DNA from: Planctomycetales bacterium
Lineage (GTDB): Bacteria > 4484-113 > JAFGCY01
Direction: 5' to 3'
NCBI GenBank assembly: GCA_022646745.1
Contig: CP060262.1
Span: 3,897,188 to 3,961,187 of the forward strand
Length of the DNA: 64,000 nucleotides
Positions 10,502 to 19,095 of this stretch are shown here, one piece after another (positions within the stretch are counted from its first letter, which is position 1; the number at the start of each line of letters is the position of its first letter). The notes below the pieces were generated by a model. The model ran no database searches. It saw only the letters and a program-made list of their open reading frames with translations, and was not told the origin of the DNA. The translations under genes were made by a program, and so were the position numbers.

Positions 10502-10978
10502 ATGACTGACAACGCCAATCCAGATGCCAGGCCACAGGCCCGCATCAACTTCATCTACCTGCACGCGACTGACATGGAGGCGATGCGTGCCTTCTACAAG
10601 GATGCGCTGGGCTGCAGCGAGATCCACTACCGGCCGGTGGATGAGCATGGCTACGGCTGGTCGGTGATCGACATGGGCTGCTTCCAGTTCATGATCCATC
10701 CTGACAAGTCAGCCGTGAAGCTGGAGGGCTGGAGCATGCAGCCGGGCTGGGACGGCGGGACGGTACCGGGGATTTCCTGGAGCGTCGTTGTCAGGAATGA
10801 GGACATGCCGCAGGTGATTGTCAGGCTGCGTGAGATGCGCGCCCCGGCCTTCGATGAGGAACCGCAGTGGTGCCAGGACAGTTACTGGAGCTACCCGGTG
10901 CAGGACCCGATGGGCAACACGGTGGAAGTGCACAGCATACCGGATGAAAGGCCGGAGAGCACTGTGTGGACTGATTAG
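10502..10978 (+). CDS. VOC (glyoxalase/bleomycin-resistance fold) family protein
   Basis: 158 aa; N-terminal INFIYLHATDMEAMRAFYKDALGC and C-terminal DPMGNTVEV resemble VOC-fold motifs; assignment by pattern only. Confidence 0.5.
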   Translation: MTDNANPDARPQARINFIYLHATDMEAMRAFYKDALGCSEIHYRPVDEHGYGWSVIDMGCFQFMIHPDKSAVKLEGWSMQPGWDGGTVPGISWSVVVRNEDMPQVIVRLREMRAPAFDEEPQWCQDSYWSYPVQDPMGNTVEVHSIPDERPESTVWTD

Positions 10979-11000
10979 GTTGGAGGTTTGAGTTGGGAGG

Positions 11001-11025
11001 TTGGAGAGTAAGACAACATCTCCAA
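11001..11025. terminator. hairpin between convergent genes (VOC / lpd)
   Basis: TTGGAGA (11001-11007) pairs with TCTCCAA (11019-11025) around an 11-nt loop; AT-rich stem, so a weak terminator call. Confidence 0.3.
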
Positions 11026-11050
11026 AGTCCCCACTCCAAACGCAAAACGC

Positions 11051-12460
11051 CTACAGGCCGTGGATCGCGCGGCCGTCCACCGCAAACGCCGCTTCCTTCA
11101 CCGCTTCGCTCAGCGTCGGGTGAGCATGGCAGGTGCGCGCGATATCCTCAGCGCTGGCCTTGAACTCCATCGCCGTGGCGCATTCCGCGATCAGGTCGCC
11201 GGCCTGTGGGCCGATGATGTGCACACCGAGTACGCGGTCCGTCTTCGCATCCGCGAGGATCTTCACGCTGCCATCCGTTTCGTTCATTGAGTGCGCACGG
11301 CCATTGGCCTTGAAGATGAACTTGCCGGCCTTGAACTCGATGCCGGCCTCCTTAAGCTCCTCCTCGGTCTTGCCAACCGTGGCGATCTCAGGGTGCGTGT
11401 AGACGATGCCGGGAATCACGTCGTAGTTCACGTGGCCATAGCCTGTGGCGATCAGCTCCACGCAGGCGATGCCTTCCTCCTCAGCCTTGTGTGCGAGCAT
11501 CGGGCCGTGGATCACGTCGCCGATCGCGAAAATGCCGTCGACATTCGTACGGTAGTGGTCGTCAACCACCACCTGGCCACGCTCATTGAGCTTGACACCG
11601 GCTTCCTCGGCCCCGAGACCGTCCGTGTTGGCCCAGCGGCCGACCACGCTCAGCAGGCGGTCGCATTCCACCGGGTCCTGGCCCTCGATCTCGACGATCA
11701 CCTTCTTGCCCTTGACCTTGGCACCGGTGACCTTGGTCCCGAGGCGGAACTCGAGTCCCTGCTTCTTCATCACGCGCAGGCTCTCGCGGGCCAGGCCGCT
11801 GTCCATGCCGGGCAGGATGCGGTCGAGGTACTCAAGCACGATCACCTTGCTGCCGAGCCGGTGCCAGACACTGCCAAGCTCCAGGCCGATGTAGCCGGCA
11901 CCGATCACGACGAGGGTCTCCGGCACATCCGGGAAGCTCAGGCCGCCCTTCGAACCGCAGATGCGGTCGTTGTCAATTTCCACGCCCCTGAGCTGGGCCG
12001 GCTTGGAGCCGGTGGCGATCATGATGCGCGCGGTCTCGTAGACCTGCTTGTTGCCATCGAAGTCCGTCACCTCGACCTTGCCCGCCGACACAATCCGTCC
12101 GCTGCCACGCAGCCCGGTGACGCCGTTCTTCTTGAACAGGCCGTCAATCCCGCCGGCGTTGATCTGCACAACCTTGTCCTTGCGTGCCATCATCTGCGCC
12201 AGGTTGAGCTTGACGCCCTTGACCTCGATGCCGTGGTCGCCCAGCAGGTCCTTCGCCTGGTGGTAGCGGTAGCTGCTCTCCAGCAGCGCCTTGCTCGGGA
12301 TGCAGCCCACGCGCAGGCAGGTGCCGCCGAACAGCTCGTTCTTGTCAACGCAGGCCGTCTTCAGGCCGAGCTGGCCGGCACGGATCGCGGCGACGTAGCC
12401 GCCCGGGCCGCCGCCGATGACAATCAGGTCGAATTTCTCGTTGCTCATCTCATTCCCCAC
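11051..12460 (-). CDS. lpdA: dihydrolipoyl dehydrogenase (E3 component)
   Basis: FAD-binding GGGPGGYVAAIRAGQLG, redox-active disulfide GGTCLRVGCIPSKAL; downstream of sucAB. True start may be the second ATG at 12448 (MSNEKF...). Confidence 0.93.
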   Translation of the reverse strand: MGNEMSNEKFDLIVIGGGPGGYVAAIRAGQLGLKTACVDKNELFGGTCLRVGCIPSKALLESSYRYHQAKDLLGDHGIEVKGVKLNLAQMMARKDKVVQINAGGIDGLFKKNGVTGLRGSGRIVSAGKVEVTDFDGNKQVYETARIMIATGSKPAQLRGVEIDNDRICGSKGGLSFPDVPETLVVIGAGYIGLELGSVWHRLGSKVIVLEYLDRILPGMDSGLARESLRVMKKQGLEFRLGTKVTGAKVKGKKVIVEIEGQDPVECDRLLSVVGRWANTDGLGAEEAGVKLNERGQVVVDDHYRTNVDGIFAIGDVIHGPMLAHKAEEEGIACVELIATGYGHVNYDVIPGIVYTHPEIATVGKTEEELKEAGIEFKAGKFIFKANGRAHSMNETDGSVKILADAKTDRVLGVHIIGPQAGDLIAECATAMEFKASAEDIARTCHAHPTLSEAVKEAAFAVDGRAIHGL

Positions 12461-12522
12461 AGCAGGCGAACTGCTGTCTGCGCATTGCGCCGGTGTTGAT
12501 TAATCAGGTGATGGAACGCAGC

Positions 12523-12834
12523 TCAGCCCTTGTGGGCATTCCAGGCGTCGAAGCCGCCCTTGAGCACGTATGCGTTGTTCCAGCCTTCCCTCGTGTACTT
12601 GACTGCCCGACCGACAGCTGACGAATCGCCATGTCAATCTCAATAGAAGACGATTTCGCGGTCGCGGTCCAGCTCGTCCTGGATCTTGACGAACTCGTAC
12701 ATCGGGATCGCCGGCTCGATGCGTGTCGCATTGTAGCCAGCCTCCATCATGTACGTGTTGATCACGAGGATGTCAGGGTTCTCGGCAAGCCGCTGTTTCA
12801 GCTCGCTGACCGTCATATGCTTCAGGTCTGACAT
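12523..12834 (-). CDS. single-domain rhodanese-like sulfurtransferase with two in-frame TGA codons at the active-site position (candidate selenoprotein, alternatively pseudogene)
   Basis: ATG 12834 with AAGGAGG 6 nt upstream; rhodanese N-region (...DRDREIVFY); in-frame TGA at 12640-12642 and 12634-12636; same frame continues HGDSSAVGRAVKYTREGWNNAYVLKGGFDAWNAHKG to TGA 12523-12525. Confidence 0.6.
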
Positions 12835-12848
12835 GCGGTTCCTCCTTG

Positions 12849-14066
12849 CTAGATTTCCAGTAGCATGCGTGACGGGTCCTCGATGCAGTCCTTGATGCGC
12901 CTGAGGAATGTCACGCTTTCACGTCCGTCGATCACGCGGTGGTCATAGGTCAGCGCCACGTACATGATCGGCCGGATCTTCACCTCGCCATTGATGGCGA
13001 CGGGTCGCTCGACGATGTTGTGCAGCCCGAGGATGCCGGACTGTGGCGGGTTGAGGATAGGCGTTGACATCATTGAGCCGTACACACCACCGTTTGAGAT
13101 GGTGAAGGTACCGCCCTCCAGCTCTTCGAGCTCGATGTCATTGGCCTGGGCCCGCTTCGCGAAGTCGGCGATTGCCAATTCAGTCTGGGCGAAGCTGAGC
13201 AGCTCGGCATTGCGGATCACGGGTACCACGAGGCCCTTGCCACCACCGATCGCCACGCCGATGTCGTAGTAATTGTGGTAGACCAGGTGGCCGTCATCGG
13301 TGATTTCCGCATTGACCTGCGGGAACTCCTTGAGGGCGTCGATCGCGGCCTTGGCGAAGAAGCTCATGAAGCCGAGCTTGATGCCGTACTTCTTCTCGAA
13401 GCTGTCCTTGTAGCGGTTGCGCAGTTCCATCACCGCGCTCATGTCAATCTCGTTGAAGGTCGTCAGCTGGGCGGTACCCTGCTTGCTTTCCACCAGGCGG
13501 CGCGCGATGGTCTTGCGCATCGGGCTCATGCGCACCTTCTCGACACTGCGCGGTCCCTGCGGGGCAGAGCTATCGCGGGCGGCCTCGGTGTACTTCGCCG
13601 GTGTCGCGGCCTCGGCATCCTCCTTGAGGATGCGGCCGTCCTTGCCATTGCCCTTCACATCCGCGGCATCGATGCCCTTCTGGGCAAGGATGCGCTGGGC
13701 GGAGGGCATTGCCACTCCGGCGGAACCGTTGTCAGACTTTGATGCAGCCGGGGCTTCCTGCTTCGGAGCTTCAGCCCTGGGAGCCTCCTGCTTCGGCTGC
13801 TCCTGCGGCTTCTCGTCCGCCGGGGCCTCGGCCTCCTCCATCGTGGCAATCACCTCGCCGATCTCGCAGGGCTCGCCGGCCGGCTTGAGGATCTTCGTGA
13901 TGATGCCGGAGATCGGAGCCGGCAGCTCCATCGAGGCCTTGTCTGACTCCAGTTCACAGATGAAGTCATCCTCCTCGACGTAGTCACCTTCCTTCTTCAT
14001 CCATTCAGAGACGATCACCTCGGTCACCGACTCTCCGGCGCTCGGGATCCTGATTTCCACAGCCAT
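12849..14066 (-). CDS. sucB: 2-oxoglutarate dehydrogenase E2 component (dihydrolipoyllysine-residue succinyltransferase)
   Basis: N-terminal lipoyl domain ([17 protein letters not shown]), Ala/Pro-rich linker, C-terminal catalytic domain with DHRVIDGRE; AAGGAGA RBS; directly downstream of E1. Confidence 0.9.
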   Translation of the reverse strand: MAVEIRIPSAGESVTEVIVSEWMKKEGDYVEEDDFICELESDKASMELPAPISGIITKILKPAGEPCEIGEVIATMEEAEAPADEKPQEQPKQEAPRAEAPKQEAPAASKSDNGSAGVAMPSAQRILAQKGIDAADVKGNGKDGRILKEDAEAATPAKYTEAARDSSAPQGPRSVEKVRMSPMRKTIARRLVESKQGTAQLTTFNEIDMSAVMELRNRYKDSFEKKYGIKLGFMSFFAKAAIDALKEFPQVNAEITDDGHLVYHNYYDIGVAIGGGKGLVVPVIRNAELLSFAQTELAIADFAKRAQANDIELEELEGGTFTISNGGVYGSMMSTPILNPPQSGILGLHNIVERPVAINGEVKIRPIMYVALTYDHRVIDGRESVTFLRRIKDCIEDPSRMLLEI

Positions 14067-14087
14067 TGCCTTTTTCTCCTTGCTTGA

Positions 14088-16913
14088 CTAGGAACCGGCC
14101 TCTTCAGCCTGCTCCCCGGTGATGGCGAAGCTGATCAGTCGCTTCTGCTCCGCCTTGTGCACGGTCTCCGATCCGCTGGCCGGGCTCGGGCTGGCCGGCC
14201 GGCTGACAACGCTGAACGGATGGCCCGCGAATTCATTGCCCCACTTAACGCGCAGGAAGCGCCAGGCACCGAAGTTCTCCGGCTCCTCCTGTACCCAGAC
14301 CAGCGGGGTGCCGGCCTTGTACTTCTTCAGTTCCTTCTTGAGGCTGGCATCCGGCAGTGGATAGATCTGCTCCAGGCGCAGGATCGCCACATTGCTCAGG
14401 CCGCGTGCCTCACGCTCGGCCTCCAGCTCGTAGTACACCTTGCCGCTGCACAGCAGGATGCGTGAGACATCACGGTCCTGGTCGGGCAGGATATCGGGCA
14501 GCACTCGCTGGAAGCGCCGCTCGGACAGGTCATCCCAGTCAGACACCACGCGCGGGTGGCGGAACAGGCTCTTCGGTGACATCACGATCAGCGGCTTGCG
14601 CCAGATGCCCTTCACCTGGCGGCGCAGCAGGTGGAAGATCTGCGCCGGGGTAGTCACGTTGACGACCTGCATGTTGTCATTCGCACACAGGGTCAGGAAG
14701 CGCTCAAGCCTTGCGCTGGAGTGCTCACTGCCCATTCCCTCACTGCCGTGCGGCAGCAGCATCACGAGGCCGGTGAGGTACTCCCACTTCTCCTCGCAGC
14801 TTGAGATGAACTGGTCGATGATCACCTGGGCCGTGTTGACGAAGTCGCCGAACTGGGCCTCCCAGATCACGAGCGCATCCGGGTAGTCCAGGCTGTAGCC
14901 AAACTCGAAGCCGAGCACGCCGGCCTCTGACAACGGGCTGTTGTAGATCCGCACCGGGGCCTGGCCCGTCGAGACATGCTGCAAGGGGCGGTACATCTCG
15001 CCGGTCTCCTGGTCGTGGATCACGGCATAGCGGTGGGCGAAGGTGCCGCGCTCGCAGTCCTGGCCGCTCATGCGCACCGGGATGCCCTCATCCGCCAGGC
15101 TGGCGTAGGCCAGCGCCTCGGCGGCGCTCCAGTCCAGCGGGGCCTCGCCATCCAGCATCTGCTGGCGCTTGGCATTGTGCTTCACCACGTTGTCATGCGG
15201 ATGGAAGCCCTCCGGCAGCCTGATGGTGGCCGCCAGCAGCTCACGCAGGCGCGGTTCCGGCACACGGGTGTCAACCTTGAACAGGTCGCTGTCCAGCCCG
15301 CCCTTGTAGTGCGCCCAGACTTCGGCCAGCGTGCCGTGAGGGCTTTCGACTTCAGGCTTCTCGTCATTCTTGAGGAGATTCAGGTCCTCGCTGAGGGTGC
15401 TGCGGCGCTCCTTGGCAATCGCCTGCGCTTCTGCGCGGGTGATGCCGTTGAGCTTGAGCAGCTTCTCCTGGTAGTTGTCCTTCACCGAGGGGTGCGCCTT
15501 GATCTGCTTGTACATCAGCGGCTGGGTGAGCATCGGCTCATCCTGCTCGTTGTGCCCCCAGTAGCGGAAGCAGTACATGTCGATCACCACGTCGGTCTGG
15601 AAGCGCTGGCGGTAGTCCATCGCAACGTTGACGACCTGGGCCACGGCCTCCGGGTCCTCACCGTTGACGTGGAAGATCGGCACCTCGAGCATCTTGGCGA
15701 TGTCGGAGGCGTAGGTCGTCGAGCGGGAGTCCGCCGGGTCAGTGGTGAAGCCGAGCTGGTTGTTGACGATGATGTGCAGGGTGCCGCCGGTGCGGTAGCC
15801 CTTGAGCTGGCTCAGGTTGAGCGTCTCCTGCACGATGCCCTCGCCGATGAAGGCCGCGTCGCCGTGGATCATGATGCCCAGCCCGTTGCGGCGCTCGTTG
15901 TCTCCATGGCGGTCCATGTTGGCACGGACGCGGCCACTGACGACGGGATTGACAAATTCAAGGTGGCTCGGGTTGAAGCACAGTGACAGGTGCATCTCCC
16001 TGCCGTTGTCACATTGATACTTCGTGCCGTAACCAAGGTGGTACTTCACGTCACCGCGCTTGTTCTCGTAATGCGGGTGCGTGCCCAGGAACTCCTGGAA
16101 GATCTCATAGGGGCGCTTGCCCAGCAGGTTGATCAGCACGTTCATGCGGCCGCGGTGCGACATGCCGATTATCACGCCGTTCATGTCGTTCTCGCCGGCC
16201 TTCTCGAGCGCCATGTAGAGCAGCGGCATCAGGGTCTCGCCGCCCGAGAGCGAGAAGCTCTTCTTGCCCATGAATTTCTTGAAGATGAAGTCCTCAAGGA
16301 TGGTGGCGTCGATCAGGATCTGCAGGATCTTGCGCTGCATGGTGGCGCTCATCTCGAGCCTGTTGCGTGTGCTTTCCATGCGCTGCTCGAGCCAGTCCTG
16401 CTTCTCCGTCGAGTTGATGTGCATGAACTGCACACCGATGCTGCGACAGTAGGTCTCGCGCATCGCCTCGATGATCTCGCGCAGGGTGAGCGTATCCGGA
16501 CCCGCGATCGTCTTGGAGCTGAAGCGCTTCTCCATGTCGGCTTCGGTGAAGCCGTAGTAGTCCGGGTCGAGCTCTTCGAAGTGCGGGCGCGGGCGGCCCA
16601 GCGGGTCCAGCTTGGCGATCATGTGCCCACGGACACGGAACAGGCGGACCAGCTGGTCCACGCGATCCTGCAGGTCCGCAGCCGCCATGCTGGCGCCGTT
16701 GCTGCCATGGCCATTGCCGTTGAAGATGCTGCGCGCGGGAAAGCTCGGTCCGAGCTGGAATTCCCTGGCGCCGCTGTCCCCGTTACCCTCGAAGGACGCA
16801 AAGTACCTGCGCCAGCTCTCGGAAACGCTCTGAGGATCCCTCAGGTAGTCCTCATACAGGCCTTCCATGAAGGCCAGGCTCTGAACATCCAATGATTGGT
16901 CAGGATTATCCAT
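14088..16913 (-). CDS. sucA: 2-oxoglutarate dehydrogenase E1 component
   Basis: about 940 aa; N-terminus MDNPDQSLDVQSLAFMEGLYEDYLRDPQSV matches SucA-type N-termini; start set at internal ATG 16913 (track ORF to 16973 is a GTG extension). Confidence 0.9.
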   Translation of the reverse strand: MDNPDQSLDVQSLAFMEGLYEDYLRDPQSVSESWRRYFASFEGNGDSGAREFQLGPSFPARSIFNGNGHGSNGASMAAADLQDRVDQLVRLFRVRGHMIAKLDPLGRPRPHFEELDPDYYGFTEADMEKRFSSKTIAGPDTLTLREIIEAMRETYCRSIGVQFMHINSTEKQDWLEQRMESTRNRLEMSATMQRKILQILIDATILEDFIFKKFMGKKSFSLSGGETLMPLLYMALEKAGENDMNGVIIGMSHRGRMNVLINLLGKRPYEIFQEFLGTHPHYENKRGDVKYHLGYGTKYQCDNGREMHLSLCFNPSHLEFVNPVVSGRVRANMDRHGDNERRNGLGIMIHGDAAFIGEGIVQETLNLSQLKGYRTGGTLHIIVNNQLGFTTDPADSRSTTYASDIAKMLEVPIFHVNGEDPEAVAQVVNVAMDYRQRFQTDVVIDMYCFRYWGHNEQDEPMLTQPLMYKQIKAHPSVKDNYQEKLLKLNGITRAEAQAIAKERRSTLSEDLNLLKNDEKPEVESPHGTLAEVWAHYKGGLDSDLFKVDTRVPEPRLRELLAATIRLPEGFHPHDNVVKHNAKRQQMLDGEAPLDWSAAEALAYASLADEGIPVRMSGQDCERGTFAHRYAVIHDQETGEMYRPLQHVSTGQAPVRIYNSPLSEAGVLGFEFGYSLDYPDALVIWEAQFGDFVNTAQVIIDQFISSCEEKWEYLTGLVMLLPHGSEGMGSEHSSARLERFLTLCANDNMQVVNVTTPAQIFHLLRRQVKGIWRKPLIVMSPKSLFRHPRVVSDWDDLSERRFQRVLPDILPDQDRDVSRILLCSGKVYYELEAEREARGLSNVAILRLEQIYPLPDASLKKELKKYKAGTPLVWVQEEPENFGAWRFLRVKWGNEFAGHPFSVVSRPASPSPASGSETVHKAEQKRLISFAITGEQAEEAGS

Positions 16914-17152
16914 ATCCCGATAAGGCCAAATTCCTGATTTCCCGGCAGACAATATAAACAAAACAGCCCTCACCCGACCCTGCGGAAACAGTGTGGGTGA
17001 AGGTCAAACCTCACCGGGATGCATACCTCTGGCTTCTGAAGTGTACCATCGGTATAAGGTGCGATATCGTGCCTTAGGCTAATTTAGCCAGCGTTTTTCC
17101 CTGATTGGATCTAATGCTTAGCCAGTCTGCTAATTAAAACCAGCGGGAGCCT

Positions 17153-18355
17153 TTACTCCATCTCAAGTGAGTACTGTTCACTCAGATTCAGACCCTTTGA
17201 GCGAATTTCCAGGCGGCCGGCATGGATTTCCATCAATCCACCGGTAATCCAGCGTGGATTGACCGACTGGCCGCTTAGTTCGTGGCCCAGCCGGTTGCGC
17301 AGCTGCAGGAAACTGTCCGCCGGCGGGGCACTGGCTTTTGGATCGAGCTCCGCCATAGCCTGCCCCAGAGGATCGTCCGCACTACCGATGGATTCAATTG
17401 CGGTGTTCCAGACGATATGGCTTTTGGGGTTGCTCACTACCGCCGTTCCAAGGCGCGAGGCACTGCCCAGTCCGAGTCCGATGTAGTCCCCGCCCTGCCA
17501 ATAGCGGATGTTGTGCATGCTTTCATGACCTGGCATGGCATAGTTGTTGACTTCATAGCGGTAGTGGCCATAGCCGCGCAGCAGGCATTCCACGGCGTGC
17601 TGCTGGTACAGCACATCCCGGTCTGAAGGGATCTGCTGCGGGTAGCGCATGGCCCAGCGTGTGTAGGCGGTATGCGGCTCAGGTACCAGCCAATAGGCGG
17701 AGAAATGCGGCGGGCGGAATTCAAGCAGCCTGCGGCCACTTTCCAGCAATGTGCCGACACTCTGGTTGGGCAGGCCGTAGATCAGGTCGAAGCTGTAGTT
17801 GCGGATCGGACCATCCGCCACCATCTCCAGCACCGGAACCGTCTCGGCCCAGCGGTGGGTGCGCCCCATGAACTTCAGCAGGCGGTCGTTTGAGGACTGG
17901 ATGCCGATTGACAGCCGGTTAACGCCGGACTCGTGCATCGCTGCCAGTTTCTCCTGGTCAAGTGTGTCCGGATTGGCTTCGCAGGAGAATTCGACAGGGC
18001 CCCCTGCGGTAGGGAAACTGCTCATCAGTTCGCTGGCAATCCGTGCCAGGTCTGCCGCCGGGAGCATTGTCGGAGTACCGCCACCGATGAAGATGCTGTC
18101 CACGCGACGGCCAGTGCCTGCCAGTCTTGCCGTCAACCAGGCCCCGCGCGCTTCGATCTCGCGCAGCAGGCTGGATTCGTAACTGGCCTCGTCCAATCCC
18201 CTGGGGCGCTTCGGGCCGAACTTGAGGAAGTCGCAGTAGGTACAGATCGCCGGACAGAACGGGATGTGAACGTACACACCGAGGTTGCGTCTGAGCGCGG
18301 TGATGTCCCAGTTGCGCCACGGCCGGCGGATGCGCACGAATCTTGCCACCCGCAT
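17153..18355 (-). CDS. hemW: radical SAM protein, HemW/HemN-like (heme chaperone / coproporphyrinogen III oxidase-like)
   Basis: Radical SAM CxxxCxxC motif in VHIPFCPAICTYCDF; size about 400 aa fits HemW better than HemN. Confidence 0.8.
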   Translation of the reverse strand: MRVARFVRIRRPWRNWDITALRRNLGVYVHIPFCPAICTYCDFLKFGPKRPRGLDEASYESSLLREIEARGAWLTARLAGTGRRVDSIFIGGGTPTMLPAADLARIASELMSSFPTAGGPVEFSCEANPDTLDQEKLAAMHESGVNRLSIGIQSSNDRLLKFMGRTHRWAETVPVLEMVADGPIRNYSFDLIYGLPNQSVGTLLESGRRLLEFRPPHFSAYWLVPEPHTAYTRWAMRYPQQIPSDRDVLYQQHAVECLLRGYGHYRYEVNNYAMPGHESMHNIRYWQGGDYIGLGLGSASRLGTAVVSNPKSHIVWNTAIESIGSADDPLGQAMAELDPKASAPPADSFLQLRNRLGHELSGQSVNPRWITGGLMEIHAGRLEIRSKGLNLSEQYSLEME

Positions 18356-18371
18356 GTATTACCATACTGCC

Positions 18372-19094
18372 ATGCGCTGGCTGGTGCTTTGCACGCTGCT
18401 CCTGCTTGTCCCGGTCAGGTCCGAGGCCCGTTCCGAGCGCGTGAAATTCACCCTGACTGAAATCTGGCCACGGGACTGGATTGGCGAGGAAGTGGCTGAC
18501 TACCGCACTGAGCGCTTCTTCGAAGGCATCGACTGGCAACTCGGGACTGTGTCCCGTGGGGACGGGGACGTGATGAACGGCGGATTCACCGTGGTGCATC
18601 CCTACCAGGTCCAGCCCTTCTCTCTGCGCCACTGCTTCGTGCTGGCAGCCTTCGAGCTTAATCCGCGCGGCTACATGCTCGTGACGATCCGGGATCCCGA
18701 ATATTACTGGCCTGAATACAACGTTGCTGATTCCATCGTGGACCCGATTGAGCTTGTCTGGTATGACGAGGACTGGCAGGAGGAGTCGCATACGGTGCTC
18801 AGTTTCCCGGAGGGCTCCTATCCCGACAACTTCGTGCTGAGCCCGGACCGCCGCAGCCTGCTGGCCATCACCCATCCGATCACCGCTGAAGGCGAGCTGG
18901 CCGGCGAGGGCCAGGGCATCCGCCTGATCGACCTGCGCAGTGGCGTGGTGGATGATGTCTGGTTGCCCGAGGTGGATGGCTTTGGCAACCTGCCGACCGG
19001 CTGGTGGCCGGTGAAGATGCGCTGGGGCCGCAACAACAGCCTCGAGGTGCAGGCCGGCGCTGAGCTGCGCGTGTACCATATGCGCTGGGAGTGA
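18372..19094 (+). CDS. hypothetical secreted protein
   Basis: Signal peptide MRWLVLCTLLLLVPVRSEA; no recognised domain; stop 2 nt before the SpoIID-domain gene start. Confidence 0.55.
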   Translation: MRWLVLCTLLLLVPVRSEARSERVKFTLTEIWPRDWIGEEVADYRTERFFEGIDWQLGTVSRGDGDVMNGGFTVVHPYQVQPFSLRHCFVLAAFELNPRGYMLVTIRDPEYYWPEYNVADSIVDPIELVWYDEDWQEESHTVLSFPEGSYPDNFVLSPDRRSLLAITHPITAEGELAGEGQGIRLIDLRSGVVDDVWLPEVDGFGNLPTGWWPVKMRWGRNNSLEVQAGAELRVYHMRWE

Positions 19095-19095
19095 G

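Noticed and set aside
11291-12499. 402-aa plus-strand ORF inside the lpd gene, and similar ORFs at 14976-16895 inside sucA
   Set aside because: Antisense shadow ORFs within highly conserved housekeeping genes.
12634-12642. Possibility that UGA is a sense codon genome-wide (alternative genetic code)
   Set aside because: Other genes in the window terminate at TGA, often overlapping the next start as ATGA, and the long ORFs are intact under the standard code, so global reassignment is not supported.
12504-12731. 75-aa minus-strand ORF overlapping the 3' part of the rhodanese gene
   Set aside because: Out of frame with the rhodanese reading frame, which is the frame carrying recognisable rhodanese sequence on both sides of the TGA codons; the 75-aa translation has no motifs.
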